Source: Candidatus Hydrogenedentota bacterium
GTDB taxonomy: Bacteria > Hydrogenedentota > Hydrogenedentia > Hydrogenedentales > SLHB01
Direction of reading: 5' to 3'
Length of the DNA stretch: 37,117 nucleotides
Assembly: GCA_034408725.1 (NCBI GenBank)
Contig: JAWXCN010000273.1
Location: forward strand, 1 to 37,117
Position 1 is the stretch's first letter. Every line of letters starts with the position of its first letter. Position numbers and translations under genes: made by a program. This document shows, piece after piece, positions 35,963 through 37,117 of the stretch. The notes under the pieces are model-generated. The model was given only the letters and a program-made list of their open reading frames with translations, had not been told where the DNA came from and did not search any database.

Positions 35963-36004
35963 CGCATGTTCCCCTTCCTATGTAAATTACGAATTTTGAC
36001 ACGC

Positions 36005-37117
36005 ATGACCACTCTAAACACCGCCCAACGCGACGCCGTCCTGCGCGGAGACGGTCCGTCTCTTGTGCTAGCAGGGGCTGGCTCGGGCAAAACCCGTGTC
36101 ATTATCGAGCGCATCGCCCACCTCGTCGCTGAGCAAGGGGTTGACCAGCGCAACATCCTCGCGCTCACCTTTACCAACAAAGCAGCCGAGGAAATGCGTT
36201 CCCGCGCGGCAGCCCGCCTTGGAGTCGAAAAGCTCGGCGCGTGGTTAGGCACCTTTCACTCCTTCGGGCTCTATGTCCTCCGGCGCGAGATCGATAAATT
36301 GGGCAGATCCAAGACTTTCACCATCTTCGATGATGCCGACCAACTGTCACTGGTGAAAAAACTGATTCAGGACGCGGGCGCTCAGGCCGCGGGGGTGTCG
36401 CCGCGTGAAGCGCTGGGCTGGATTAGCCGCCAAAAGCAGGATGTCACGGATCCGCAGCCCTCGCCGAACCCAACCCCGCAGGACACGGCCTATCGGCTGC
36501 TGTGGCAAAAGTATCATGCGACGCTTGCCCGCGCCGGCGGCGTCGACTTTGACGACCTGCTCGTGCTCACCGCCAAGCTCTTTGAAGAACACGCCGACGT
36601 CCGCCAGCGCTATGCCGAGCGGTTTCGTTACGTCCTCATTGATGAATACCAGGACACCAATCGCGCGCAATACCTCCTTGCACGACATATCTCTTCAGTC
36701 CACGGAAACATTTTCGTCGTCGGCGATGAAGACCAAAGCATTTATTCCTGGCGCGGCGCGACTATCCGCAACATCCTCGACTTTGAAAAGGATTTTCCAA
36801 ACGCGCGCGTGTTTCGCCTTGAACAGAATTACCGCAGCATCGAGCCGATACTCAAAGCGGCGAACGCCGTCGTCGCGCATAACACCGCGCGCTTGGGTAA
36901 AACCCTGTGGTCGGCCCAGACTGGCGGCGATCCCGTCCGGTTCTACGAGGCTCCCGACGCGGAGTTGGAAGCGCGGTTTGTCGCGGAAGACATCGTCGAG
37001 CGGAAATGCCCACCGAGCCAGGTAGCCGTCCTGTTTCGCACCAACGGCCAAGTCCGGCTCGTGGAAGAATCGCTCAGGCGCAAGGGCCTGGCCTACGTCG
37101 TCGTCGGTGGCATCCGC
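36005..37117 (+). CDS. uvrD: UvrD/PcrA/Rep ATP-dependent DNA helicase, 3' truncated (absent from the ORF track)
   Basis: Own translation from ATG 36005: MTTLNTAQRDAV...LVLAGAGSGKTRV, LTFTNKAAEEM, TFHSF, LIDEYQDTN, VGDEDQSIYSWRGA, LEQNYRS, LFRTN. Confidence 0.93.
   Translation, partial: MTTLNTAQRDAVLRGDGPSLVLAGAGSGKTRVIIERIAHLVAEQGVDQRNILALTFTNKAAEEMRSRAAARLGVEKLGAWLGTFHSFGLYVLRREIDKLGRSKTFTIFDDADQLSLVKKLIQDAGAQAAGVSPREALGWISRQKQDVTDPQPSPNPTPQDTAYRLLWQKYHATLARAGGVDFDDLLVLTAKLFEEHADVRQRYAERFRYVLIDEYQDTNRAQYLLARHISSVHGNIFVVGDEDQSIYSWRGATIRNILDFEKDFPNARVFRLEQNYRSIEPILKAANAVVAHNTARLGKTLWSAQTGGDPVRFYEAPDAELEARFVAEDIVERKCPPSQVAVLFRTNGQVRLVEESLRRKGLAYVVVGGIR

Noticed and set aside
36347-37051. ORFs 36405-37025 (+), 36347-36688 (-) and 36695-37051 (-)
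   Set aside because: Alternative frames of the uvrD/pcrA gene, which runs off the window end.

Overview
A GC-rich bacterial chromosomal segment with about 25 protein-coding genes. I found no rRNA, tRNA, CRISPR array or transposase. Gene content (DUF1501/DUF1549/DUF1553, large GH42-like proteins, a prepilin-type protein) suggests a Hydrogenedentes/PVC-like organism; this is an inference. In order: DUF1501 (partial), a membrane-anchored cytochrome c/DUF1549/DUF1553 fusion, an SGNH/AlgX-like protein, a hypothetical protein, a frameshifted multi-PAS/GAF hybrid histidine kinase and a GH42-like protein. Next is an envelope operon: truncated Skp/OmpH-like protein, TPR-FxLYD lipoprotein, two tandem secretins lacking N-domains, lnt and murJ. 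It is followed by a 10-EF-hand protein, a REPIN-like inverted repeat, a eukaryote-like (GALK2/Gal1-type) galactokinase, a PilC-N/DUF6982/TPR fusion with a structured leader, a metallophosphoesterase, dgt and a degenerate secreted MEMO1 homolog. The end holds a glycan cluster (CgeB-type glycosyltransferase, second GH42-like protein, WbqC, DegT, WecA-like), a prepilin-like protein and partial uvrD/pcrA. The best candidate for an undescribed system is the mini-Skp + TPR lipoprotein + paired minimal secretin operon. All family calls come from motif recognition by eye; no searches were run.
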